A DNA stretch of 34,650 nt from an uncultured Bacilli bacterium (GTDB taxonomy: Bacteria > Bacillota_I > Bacilli_A > RF39 > UBA660): assembly GCA_944358665.1 (NCBI GenBank), contig CALVRP010000092.1:1-34650 (forward strand), written 5' to 3'. The position numbers and the translations under genes are program-made. Below are positions 9,427 through 17,123 of this stretch, piece by piece. The notes below the pieces were generated by a model that had not been told where the DNA came from, searched no databases, and worked only from the letters and a program-made list of their open reading frames with translations. How positions within the stretch are numbered: the stretch's first letter is position 1; every line of letters starts with the position of its first letter.

Positions 9427-10269
9427 ATAAAAAAGAAATTTTATACCGCAAAATACGATGCGGTTTTTAAGGCAATATTTTGTAATCCAAAAAATAGAGA
9501 TTTACTACAAACATTACTTGAAAGGTGTTTAAATCAAAAACTATCAATAATAAGTATAGAAGCCCCAGAAATAATAAAAAAGAATGTCTATATGAAAAAT
9601 AAAACTTTAGATGTTTTAGTAAAAGCAAAAGATAAATTAATTAATATTGAAGTAAATAGTGGCTATTATAATTCTTTAGATTATCGAAATAGTGTTTATA
9701 TATTTGAAAAGTATACTGAAGTGTTTAAAGCCGGAGATAAATATTCAAATAAAATAGATGTTATACAAATCAATTTTACAAGTGGCCTTCCTAAAGATGC
9801 ACCAGTAATAGATGAGTGTCAATATGGAAATTTAAAGACAGGAAAAGTAAAGGTGAAAAATTTAATATCCTATGAATATAATCTAGATAAAATAAAAGAA
9901 ATGTGCTACAATGGGAACAAGAAATATAATTATATTGCAGCCTTAGATTTTGAACAAAAAGATCTAGAAAAATATTGTAAAGGTGATGAATATATGGAGA
10001 GGTTTGAAAAAGAAGTTAATAAGTTAAATACCGATATTGAATTTACCGAATTTTTGAGTGCTGAAGAAGACAATGAAAGATTAAAAAACACATTAATTTA
10101 TGAAGCTGAAGAAAAAGGAAAAGCCGAAGGAATGATTGAAGGAAAAACTGAAGGTATTTTGACGGTGGCTAGAAACATGCTTGGTTTAAACATGAATATT
10201 GAGGATATTATGAAAGTTACAGGACTTACAGAAAAAGAAATACTTGCTTTAAAAGAAAATAATGGTTAA
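9427..10269 (+). CDS. Rpn-family recombination-promoting nuclease / PD-(D/E)XK 'putative transposase' (YhgA-like)
   Basis: The listed ORF 9592..10269 lacks the family's N-terminus, but the same frame is open from 9397. It encodes …KKKFYTAKYDAVFKAIFCNPKNRDLLQTLLERCL…, the typical Rpn N-terminus. AAAGGAGG (9411-9418) lies 8 nt before an ATA codon (9427) and there is no ATG/GTG/TTG in range. The core LDVLVKAKDKLINIEVNS and the C-terminal EGKAEG…GLTEKEI tail fit Rpn proteins. Confidence 0.65.
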   Translation: MKKKFYTAKYDAVFKAIFCNPKNRDLLQTLLERCLNQKLSIISIEAPEIIKKNVYMKNKTLDVLVKAKDKLINIEVNSGYYNSLDYRNSVYIFEKYTEVFKAGDKYSNKIDVIQINFTSGLPKDAPVIDECQYGNLKTGKVKVKNLISYEYNLDKIKEMCYNGNKKYNYIAALDFEQKDLEKYCKGDEYMERFEKEVNKLNTDIEFTEFLSAEEDNERLKNTLIYEAEEKGKAEGMIEGKTEGILTVARNMLGLNMNIEDIMKVTGLTEKEILALKENNG

Positions 10270-10309
10270 AAGAATTACAATAAATTAAGTTTTATTTAAT
10301 TCTTTTTTT
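10268..10309 (+). terminator. Rho-independent terminator
   Basis: aaagaatta / taattcttt outer stem with aataaa / tttatt inner stem, followed by a T-run. Confidence 0.7.
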
Positions 10310-10362
10310 ATGCCCAAAAATAATCTATTTCATATACTAAAGTGAGGGCATGGGGTGATCAG

Positions 10363-10590
10363 ATGAAATCATTAAATGATTTAAAGCTTGGAGAGGCTGG
10401 CAAAGTTATTAAAACTGAAGCTTCTCAAAATATAAGGAGAAGACTTTTGGACATTGGTCTAGTAAAAGGCAGTATTGTTAAACCAGTATTAATAAGCCCA
10501 GGCGGTGATATGGTGGCATATCAAATTAAAGGAGCTGTAGTGGCTATAAGAAAAAATGATACAAAGAAAATAATGGTGGAGGAAATTTAA
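10363..10590 (+). CDS. feoA: Ferrous iron transport protein A
   Basis: Small SH3-like FeoA sequence (LKLGEAGKVIK…RRRLLDIGLVKGSIV…). ATG 10363 follows GGGGTGA. Its stop overlaps the feoB ATG (TAATG). Confidence 0.85.
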   Translation: MKSLNDLKLGEAGKVIKTEASQNIRRRLLDIGLVKGSIVKPVLISPGGDMVAYQIKGAVVAIRKNDTKKIMVEEI

Positions 10591-12614
10591 TGAAAATTGG
10601 TTTAGTAGGAAACCCAAATGTTGGTAAAAGTACCATTTTTAATGCCTTGACCGGGTTGCACCAACACACTGGTAATTGGCCCGGTAAAACGGTTACTAAG
10701 GCTAGTGGATATAAAAAATATAAAGGAATCAATTATTTGATTGAAGATTTACCAGGAACATATTCCTTAATGGCTCATTCTAAAGAAGAAGAAGTAACTA
10801 GAGATTTTATTTATAACGGTGATTATGATGCTTTAATTATTGTTTGTGATGCCGTTTGTTTAGAAAGAAATCTAAATTTAGTTATGCAGATTTTAGAAAT
10901 AACGAATAAAGTTGTTGTTTGTATTAATTTAATGGATGAGGCTAAAAAGAAAAAGATTAATATTGATCTTAATAGACTTTCAGAAATTTTAAAAGTACCA
11001 GTTGTTCCAGCAACAGCTAGAAGTGGTAAGGGTCTTGAAGAGATTATGGAAAACTTAAGTAAAGTCGTTAAAAATGAAAATAGTTATTTTCAGATAAAAT
11101 ATAATGAATATTTAAAAGAAGCTATAGAAGAACTTGAAATATTTATTGACAACAATGAGTTAAATAAAGATGTTGTTTGTTTAAATTTACTAACTAATAA
11201 AAAAAGTACAGTTGGAAATTATCAAAAGTTATATAATGATAAAATCTTTTTAAATAAATTGTCGGAAGTAAAAAATAAACTTTATAAAAAGGGAATAAAA
11301 AACGAAGACATTGAAACTTTGATTACTGAGGAGATAGTTGCGCAAGCCAGCGCTATAGCAAGCAAAGTGGTTACGTTTGAAAAAAAAGATTATCAGAAAA
11401 GAGATCGGCTAATTGATAAAGTAGTAACCCATAAAATTTTTAGTATTCCAATTATGCTACTATTGCTTTTATTTATTTTTTGGATAACTATTACTGGCGC
11501 TAATGCACCATCACAAATTTTATATGATTTATTCTTCAGTATTGAAGATGATTTAACTAATATTTTAACTTATTTACATATTCCAGATAGTGTAAATAAT
11601 ATGTTAGTTTATGGTGTTTACCGGGTTTTAGCTTGGGTTATATCAGTGATGTTACCCCCAATGGCTATATTTTTTCCTTTATTTACTTTATTAGAAGATT
11701 TAGGGTATTTACCTAGAATCGCTTTTTGTCTAGATAAAGCATTTAAAAAATGTGCCTCTTGCGGAAAACAAGCATTAACTATGGCTATGGGGTTTGGGTG
11801 TAATGCGGTAGGTGTTACAGGTGCGAGAATAATAGATTCGCCAAGAGAAAGATTAATGGCTATTTTAACTAATGTTTTTGTACCTTGTAATGGTAGGTTC
11901 CCATTACTTATAACTATGATTACAATGTTTTTAATAGCTGGTGGAAACAGTTTTACTAGTTCTTTAGTTCTTACCTTATTTATAGTAATTGGAATAATGG
12001 TAACCTTTCTTGTTACTAAAATATTATCAAAAACGCTTTTAAAAGGTGTTCCTTCATCTTTTACTTTAGAGCTTCCGGCTTACAGAAGGCCACAAATAAC
12101 GAAAGTGATTGTTCGTTCCATATTTGATAGAACTATTTTTGTTTTAAAAAGAGCTATATGTGCTAGTGCACCAGCAGGCCTCGTTATCTGGCTTATGGCT
12201 AATATTAGTATAGAAAGTGAAAGTATTTTACAAATATGTGCCAATGCTTTAGATCCATTTGCTAATTTAATTGGTTTAGATGGTGTGATTTTAATGGCTT
12301 TTATTCTCGCGATTCCAGCTAATGAAATAGTTATTCCAATTATTATCATGGGATATATGTCTTTAGGTTACTTAACAGACATGAATGACTTAACAGCTTT
12401 AAAAGATTTATTTATTCAAAATGGATGGACACCATTAACAGCTATCTGTGTTATGCTATTTTCGCTTATGCATTGGCCTTGTTTAACAACTCTTCTAACT
12501 ATAAAAAAAGAAACCGGCAGTTTAAAGTGGACCATACTTGCATTTTTAATTCCAACAGTAGTCGGAATAACAATCTGTTTCTTGGTTACAACTATATATA
12601 ATTTAATTTTTTAA
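10590..12614 (+). CDS. feoB: Ferrous iron transporter FeoB
   Basis: N-terminal G-domain (GNPNVGKSTIFNALTG, DLPGTYSL) followed by a polytopic membrane domain with the gate motifs; 674 aa. Confidence 0.93.
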   Translation: MKIGLVGNPNVGKSTIFNALTGLHQHTGNWPGKTVTKASGYKKYKGINYLIEDLPGTYSLMAHSKEEEVTRDFIYNGDYDALIIVCDAVCLERNLNLVMQILEITNKVVVCINLMDEAKKKKINIDLNRLSEILKVPVVPATARSGKGLEEIMENLSKVVKNENSYFQIKYNEYLKEAIEELEIFIDNNELNKDVVCLNLLTNKKSTVGNYQKLYNDKIFLNKLSEVKNKLYKKGIKNEDIETLITEEIVAQASAIASKVVTFEKKDYQKRDRLIDKVVTHKIFSIPIMLLLLLFIFWITITGANAPSQILYDLFFSIEDDLTNILTYLHIPDSVNNMLVYGVYRVLAWVISVMLPPMAIFFPLFTLLEDLGYLPRIAFCLDKAFKKCASCGKQALTMAMGFGCNAVGVTGARIIDSPRERLMAILTNVFVPCNGRFPLLITMITMFLIAGGNSFTSSLVLTLFIVIGIMVTFLVTKILSKTLLKGVPSSFTLELPAYRRPQITKVIVRSIFDRTIFVLKRAICASAPAGLVIWLMANISIESESILQICANALDPFANLIGLDGVILMAFILAIPANEIVIPIIIMGYMSLGYLTDMNDLTALKDLFIQNGWTPLTAICVMLFSLMHWPCLTTLLTIKKETGSLKWTILAFLIPTVVGITICFLVTTIYNLIF

Positions 12615-12618
12615 AATA

Positions 12619-12651
12619 AAAAGTAAAGATTCAATTTTCATCTTTACTTTT
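12619..12651. terminator. Bidirectional terminator hairpin shared by feoB and the convergent HTH gene
   Basis: 12-bp stem aaaagtaaagat (12619-12630) / atctttactttt (12640-12651), with A/T runs on both sides. Confidence 0.7.
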
Positions 12652-12846
12652 TTCAATAGTTATTAATTCTCCTGGATTACAGTTTAAATAGTAACAAAAT
12701 TCTTCAATATATTTAAAGGAAATAGAAGTGGTTTCTCCGCGAATAATTTTATTTAAATTTCTAGAGGTAATATTCATCTTTTGCCTTAGCCAGTATTTAC
12801 TTTTTTTATTTTTTTTAAGCAGTTCTTCAATATTTATTTTAATCAT
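12631..12846 (-). CDS. XRE/Cro-type helix-turn-helix transcriptional regulator (about 71 aa)
   Basis: MIKINIEELLKKNKKSKYWLRQKMNITSRNLNKIIRGETTSISFKYIEEFCYYLNCNPGELI is a typical HTH_XRE/HTH_26 pattern. The start is probably ATG 12846 (GGTGA upstream) rather than 12858. Confidence 0.75.
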   Translation of the reverse strand: MIKINIEELLKKNKKSKYWLRQKMNITSRNLNKIIRGETTSISFKYIEEFCYYLNCNPGELITIEKSKDEN

Positions 12847-12862
12847 AGGTATCACCAACTTA

Positions 12863-12891
12863 ATTTTATATTTATATTAAAATGTTGTCAA
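12863..12891 (-). promoter_or_regulatory. Promoter of the HTH regulator (TTGACA-17 nt-TAAAAT on the minus strand)
   Basis: The reverse complement of 12886-12891 is TTGACA and that of 12863-12868 is TAAAAT, with an exact 17-nt spacer. Confidence 0.55.
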
Positions 12892-12920
12892 ATAAAATGA
12901 TTTATCAAAAATATTACTTG

Positions 12921-12951
<31 letters not shown>

Positions 12952-13021
12952 TTAATAAAAATAAAAATGTACTAGAAAGTATATAACCTTTCACAATACC
13001 ATAAAAATAAGAGGTGATTTT

Positions 13022-15910
13022 ATGAGGCGGGAGCGCAAAAGAAATAAAATAATAATAATGGTTAGTGCTGTTATATTATGTCTAATGGGAGTGGGTTATG
13101 CAGCTTTTCAAACCCAGTTAGATATTAAAGGAAATACCGAAATAAGTAGTGAGTGGAATATTAAAATAATAAGTGCCGAAGTAAGTGACATTGGTGGTTC
13201 TGGTGAGAATGTTAAAAATACTTATACTGATTTAACAGCTAATTTAGAAGCCAACTTATATAGTAAAGGTGATTATGTAGAGTATGAGGTTATAGTTGAA
13301 AACGCCGGAACTTTTGATGCGAAATTAGATACTTTAGGAATAACTAATAGTAATAATGAAGCGGTTAAAATAACATCATCAGGTTTAATAAAAGGTCAGC
13401 CTCTTTATAAAGGAGAGAGTGCTACTTTAACAGTAAGAATAGAATACAATAGTAATTACGAAGGAGACGCATCCGGAACTAGCGGAGAGACAACAGTAGA
13501 TTTAGGATTTGTTCAAAATAGTGAAGGAACAATAGTTCCAACAAATGATTATTTAGTAACTTATGATTACACTACTAATGGCGGAGAAAGTACAACTGCC
13601 GAGAATGAATATATAACTGAAGGCGAAAGTATTAATCTAAACTATACAGCTACTAAAACTAATTATGAATTTATAGGCTGGAATACAAATCAAGGGGCCT
13701 CAGAAGGATTAACTTCATTAACAATGGGAACAAGTGATATAACATTATATGCCATTTTTGAAGAGAGAATCCCACCAGAGATTAAACTATCTATTGGTGA
13801 TAATGTAGAAGGAGAAAATGATTGGTATAAAGGCTTAGATATAAATGTAGAAGCATCAGATAATGATAGTATAAAAGAAGCCTTATATTGTACAACTACA
13901 GAAGACACATGTACTCCAAATAAAAAGTTAGAACTTACAAATAATAAAGGAACAGTACAACTTGAAAGTAATAAAGATGCAAGTAAAGTATGCGTAAAGG
14001 CTACTGATAATGTTGGTAATGAAAGTACTACAAAATGCACAGATAGTTATAAAGTAGATGGAGAAGTTCCAACAATATCAAATATGACTGTAACTCCAGA
14101 TGATGATACCATGACAATAGAGTTAGAATCTAGTGACAATGAAAGTGGAATAGCTAAATATTATTTCAGTAAAGATAGTGGAAATAGTTATATAGAAAGT
14201 GATAATCCAAATTACACTTTTACATCACTAGATGAAGGAGATTATTTAGTAACTGCTTATGTTAAGGATAAAGCCGGAAATATCTCGGAGATAGAGGCTA
14301 AGTCAACTACTATAAGATATGCAGCCTTCTGTGAACATAATGACATAACTGATTTAGGAGACTGTATCATAGCTACCGAAGCTGGAAATGAAACTGATAT
14401 AGAACTTGCAAAATCCACTATAGAAGCTAAAGGGACACCTAATTTTAATACAACCAGTCCAAGCATTGTTTATAATGAATTACACGGAACAACAACATCG
14501 ACAACATCACATACATATTATGATAATATAGGAACAAATTATAGTTTTAATGCGACTACAGGAATATATACATTAAGAGATTATAGTTATGTCGATCCAT
14601 CTTCAATAGATTATAGTAGTGGAGATTATTATACTTGTATATCAACAGCTACAAGTTGTTCGACATTATATAAAATAACTGGAGTAACCACATCAACAAA
14701 CTCTTCCACTGGTCAAATCACGTATACAATAACAAAATATAACTACACCCAAACTCCAGCAAGTTATGATACAAGTGGAGTAGGAATGTATGCCGGAGAA
14801 GATAATGATGGAACTACCTATTATTACCGTGGCTCAGTTGGTGGAAACTACGTAAAATTTAATAATATGTACTGGCGAATAATAAGAGTAAATGGTGATG
14901 GCTCAGTTCGAATGATATATGATGGAACAAGTGCTCATGCTAATGGAGAGGCAAGCAGTAATAGACAAGTAACAACTAAAGCTTTTAATTCATATATCAA
15001 TGATAATGCCTATGTTGGTTATATGTATGGCGATGTCAATAATTTTGAGCAAACAGATAGTGGGTCTGTAACCTTTACCTATACTGGATTATCCAGCTCA
15101 GCAAGGTATTACTATGGTACGGATTATACTTTTAATGAAAGCACAAGAAGTTATACATTATCCGGAGATTTACACAATGGAACTTTAAGTAGTAGTCAAG
15201 TAGGATATTATACATGCTTTAGTACATCTAGTACGGCCTCATGCCAAAGATTATTCTATACTACAAGATATGCTTCAAGTACTTCAATGGTTGTAAGTGC
15301 AAGAGGTTACGGTTCAACATCATTAGAAGGAGCGCATGCCAATGTCACTGATAGTACAATGAAAACATACTTAGATAGTTGGTATAGTAGTAACTTAAGT
15401 AATCTCGATGATAAAATCTCTAAAGATGCAGTATTCTGTAATAACCGAAATAAATCAAGCAAAAATAGTGGAACATATACCAATACTGGTTATGGAATAA
15501 CACCAACAATCTATGGATATGAAAGATTCTGGAACTGGGCATCACAAGGAAAGTTAGATCCAACGTTAATGTGTGAAACGAATGATAGCTTTAGTGTTAA
15601 CCGGGGCAATAAAAAATTAACATACCCAGTTGGATTAATTACTGCTGATGAAGTAAACATAGCTGGCGGAATGACTGGTATGGTAAATTCGTTATATTAT
15701 TTATACACCGGAACTACATACTGGACCATGTCGCCGTCGTACTTCAGCAACTGGTTTAACGCTCTCGAGATGCTCGTCGACTCCTCAGGAGCGCTGGGCA
15801 GCAACGGCACCTCGAATGCGTACGGCGTGCGCCCAGTTATCAACCTAAATGCTGATAATCTGACGGTAACTGGATCTGGAACCATGGAAGACCCATTTGT
15901 TGTTTCGTAA
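13022..15910 (+). CDS. DGR target (variable) protein: N-terminal signal-anchor, Listeria-Bacteroides (InlB B-type) repeat, Ig-like domains, C-terminal lectin-like variable domain
   Basis: RBS AAGAGGTGA. The N-terminus is basic plus TM (MRRERKRNKIIIMVSAVILCLMGVGYAAF). YLVTYDYTTNGG…YEFIGWNT…ITLYAIF matches the Flg_new/InlB B-repeat. Two motifs of the form ATDNVGNES / VKDKAGNIS are typical of Ig-like surface domains. The C-terminus …YWTMSPS…AYGVRPVINL carries the VR. Confidence 0.85.
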   Translation: MRRERKRNKIIIMVSAVILCLMGVGYAAFQTQLDIKGNTEISSEWNIKIISAEVSDIGGSGENVKNTYTDLTANLEANLYSKGDYVEYEVIVENAGTFDAKLDTLGITNSNNEAVKITSSGLIKGQPLYKGESATLTVRIEYNSNYEGDASGTSGETTVDLGFVQNSEGTIVPTNDYLVTYDYTTNGGESTTAENEYITEGESINLNYTATKTNYEFIGWNTNQGASEGLTSLTMGTSDITLYAIFEERIPPEIKLSIGDNVEGENDWYKGLDINVEASDNDSIKEALYCTTTEDTCTPNKKLELTNNKGTVQLESNKDASKVCVKATDNVGNESTTKCTDSYKVDGEVPTISNMTVTPDDDTMTIELESSDNESGIAKYYFSKDSGNSYIESDNPNYTFTSLDEGDYLVTAYVKDKAGNISEIEAKSTTIRYAAFCEHNDITDLGDCIIATEAGNETDIELAKSTIEAKGTPNFNTTSPSIVYNELHGTTTSTTSHTYYDNIGTNYSFNATTGIYTLRDYSYVDPSSIDYSSGDYYTCISTATSCSTLYKITGVTTSTNSSTGQITYTITKYNYTQTPASYDTSGVGMYAGEDNDGTTYYYRGSVGGNYVKFNNMYWRIIRVNGDGSVRMIYDGTSAHANGEASSNRQVTTKAFNSYINDNAYVGYMYGDVNNFEQTDSGSVTFTYTGLSSSARYYYGTDYTFNESTRSYTLSGDLHNGTLSSSQVGYYTCFSTSSTASCQRLFYTTRYASSTSMVVSARGYGSTSLEGAHANVTDSTMKTYLDSWYSSNLSNLDDKISKDAVFCNNRNKSSKNSGTYTNTGYGITPTIYGYERFWNWASQGKLDPTLMCETNDSFSVNRGNKKLTYPVGLITADEVNIAGGMTGMVNSLYYLYTGTTYWTMSPSYFSNWFNALEMLVDSSGALGSNGTSNAYGVRPVINLNADNLTVTGSGTMEDPFVVS
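15728..15838 (+). repeat. DGR variable repeat (VR), codons 903-939 of the target gene
   Basis: 111 bp, 98/111 identical to 16010-16120. All 13 differences lie opposite TR adenines. Confidence 0.93.
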
Positions 15911-15947
15911 GAAACAACATTAAAAAACTTAATAATGATATATAATA

Positions 15948-15973
15948 GTCAAAAATGACTCTTCATTTTTGAC
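15948..15973 (+). terminator. Perfect 11-bp hairpin downstream of the target gene (terminator and/or DGR cis element)
   Basis: gtcaaaaatga (15948-15958) / tcatttttgac (15963-15973) with loop ctct. There is no T-tail after the stem. Confidence 0.45.
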
Positions 15974-16009
15974 CGGCATAGGGATTAGTCTCATAAGTGC
16001 GTGTGTGTT

Positions 16010-16120
16010 ATGTCGCCGTCGAACTTCAACAACTGGTTTAACGCTAACGAGATGAACGTCAACTCCTCAGGAGCGCTGAACAACAACAACACCTCGAATG
16101 CGTACGGCGTGCGCCCAATT
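16010..16120 (+). repeat. DGR template repeat (TR)
   Basis: Non-coding copy of the VR. In the VR reading frame it contains 11 AAC codons and 33 adenines in total. It is visibly GC-rich relative to its flanks. Confidence 0.93.
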
Positions 16121-16384
16121 TCCTACTACAATTAGTGATTATTTGCTAATGAACCGAGATGTTACAAGGCTACGGCTAATAACGGGAGGAAGTAGTTGCT
16201 GCAGGCAATAATCTATAAATTTAGATTGGAAACAAGATTAATTCCTTGGTCCTGCCTAAAAAGATAATATAGACGTTATATGACTATTTATAATATTTAT
16301 ATAACTACAGCTATATTGGTGGTAGAAATGTTAAGAGGTTTCTAGCCACACACCATAATTAAAATACTATTTTGGAGGAAATTT
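16121..16384 (+). ncRNA. Candidate DGR RNA spacer region downstream of TR (untranslated, several short hairpins)
   Basis: 264 nt with no credible ORF between TR and the accessory operon. It has nested stems gcagg (16201-05)/cctgc (16251-55), aatcta (16210-15)/tagatt (16222-27) and ggaa (16228-31)/ttcc (16242-45), plus a roughly 10-bp bulged stem at 16319-16349. Structure was judged by eye only. Confidence 0.3.
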
Positions 16385-16780
16385 ATGAAATTAATAGATA
16401 TTTATAACAGTTTAAAAGAACAGTATTTAGACGTAATAGTTTTAATGAAAAGTGGTAACTTTTATATAACTTATAATAATGATGCCCTAATATTAAATTA
16501 TCTCTTACACTATAAAAAGATAAATGGTAAAGTAGGTTTTCCTTTAAGTGCTTTAAAAACGGTGGAAAATAAGTTAAATGAAAAAGAAATAAGTTATATA
16601 GTTGCCCAAGAAAAAGAAAATTTAAAACAAAATAATAATTATTATATATATTTGCAAAAGGCTAATGAAAATTTAATAATCGATAATATGTGCGCCAATT
16701 TATTAAATAAAATAAAAGATAAAGTAGCTGAGAATTTTGATAATTATAAACAAATAAAGGAATATATAGATGAATTATAA
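16385..16780 (+). CDS. MutS domain I-like (mismatch-binding-domain-like) DGR accessory protein
   Basis: RBS GGAGG. LKEQYLDVIVLMKSGNFYITYNNDALILNYLL…GFPLSALKTVENKL parallels the MutS N-terminus (…QY…K…P…L…FRxGDFYELF…DA…LT…GvP…YL.KL). The Phe of the F-x-E mismatch motif is kept and the Glu is replaced (GNFYI, 16454-16468). It overlaps the next ORF by 11 nt. Confidence 0.6.
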   Translation: MKLIDIYNSLKEQYLDVIVLMKSGNFYITYNNDALILNYLLHYKKINGKVGFPLSALKTVENKLNEKEISYIVAQEKENLKQNNNYYIYLQKANENLIIDNMCANLLNKIKDKVAENFDNYKQIKEYIDEL

Positions 16781-17123
16781 TTTTAAAATTTTAAATAGTA
16801 CTTATAAAACTATTAATTATATAAATAAATTACTCGTAAATTTCCCCAAAAAAGAAGTTGTTCTTAAAAATAATATAGAAAAAACATGCTACGCAGCAAT
16901 TGAAAATATCTTCGCTTTTAACATTAATGACAGTATTCGTATTAAAGAAAAATATTTAAAAGATTTACTAGTAAAATTATCAATGTTAGATTTTTATACG
17001 AGAACTTCATATGATAAAAAAGTAATAAGTCGTCATCAATTCGAAGTTGTTAGTCGTTTTTTAATTCAAATAAGAAAGATGGCTTTTGGTTTAAAAAAGA
17101 AAGACGGTGAAGTAAGTGTCTAA
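16770..17123 (+). CDS. avd: Avd-like accessory variability determinant (four-helix-bundle protein)
   Basis: 117 aa. …INKLLVNFPKKEVVLKNNIEKTCYAAIENIFAF…LKDLLVKLSMLDFYTRTSY…ISRHQFEVVSRFLIQIRKMAFGLKK matches the FPK-x-E… / basic C-terminal pattern of Avd / 23S-IVS four-helix-bundle proteins. Its position in a DGR operon supports the call. Confidence 0.7.
   Translation: MNYNFKILNSTYKTINYINKLLVNFPKKEVVLKNNIEKTCYAAIENIFAFNINDSIRIKEKYLKDLLVKLSMLDFYTRTSYDKKVISRHQFEVVSRFLIQIRKMAFGLKKKDGEVSV

Noticed and set aside
10310-10362. Possible Fur box upstream of feoA
   Set aside because: There is only a weak AT-rich resemblance (ataatctattt) to the GATAATGATAATCATTATC consensus, which cannot be distinguished from background in this AT-rich DNA.
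16010-16135. ATG-initiated 41-codon open frame running through the TR (MSPSNFNNWFNANEMNVNSSGALNNNNTSNAYGVRPISYYN*)
   Set aside because: It is simply the VR reading frame preserved in the template copy. It has no RBS, and DGR TRs are non-coding templates, so it was not called as a gene.
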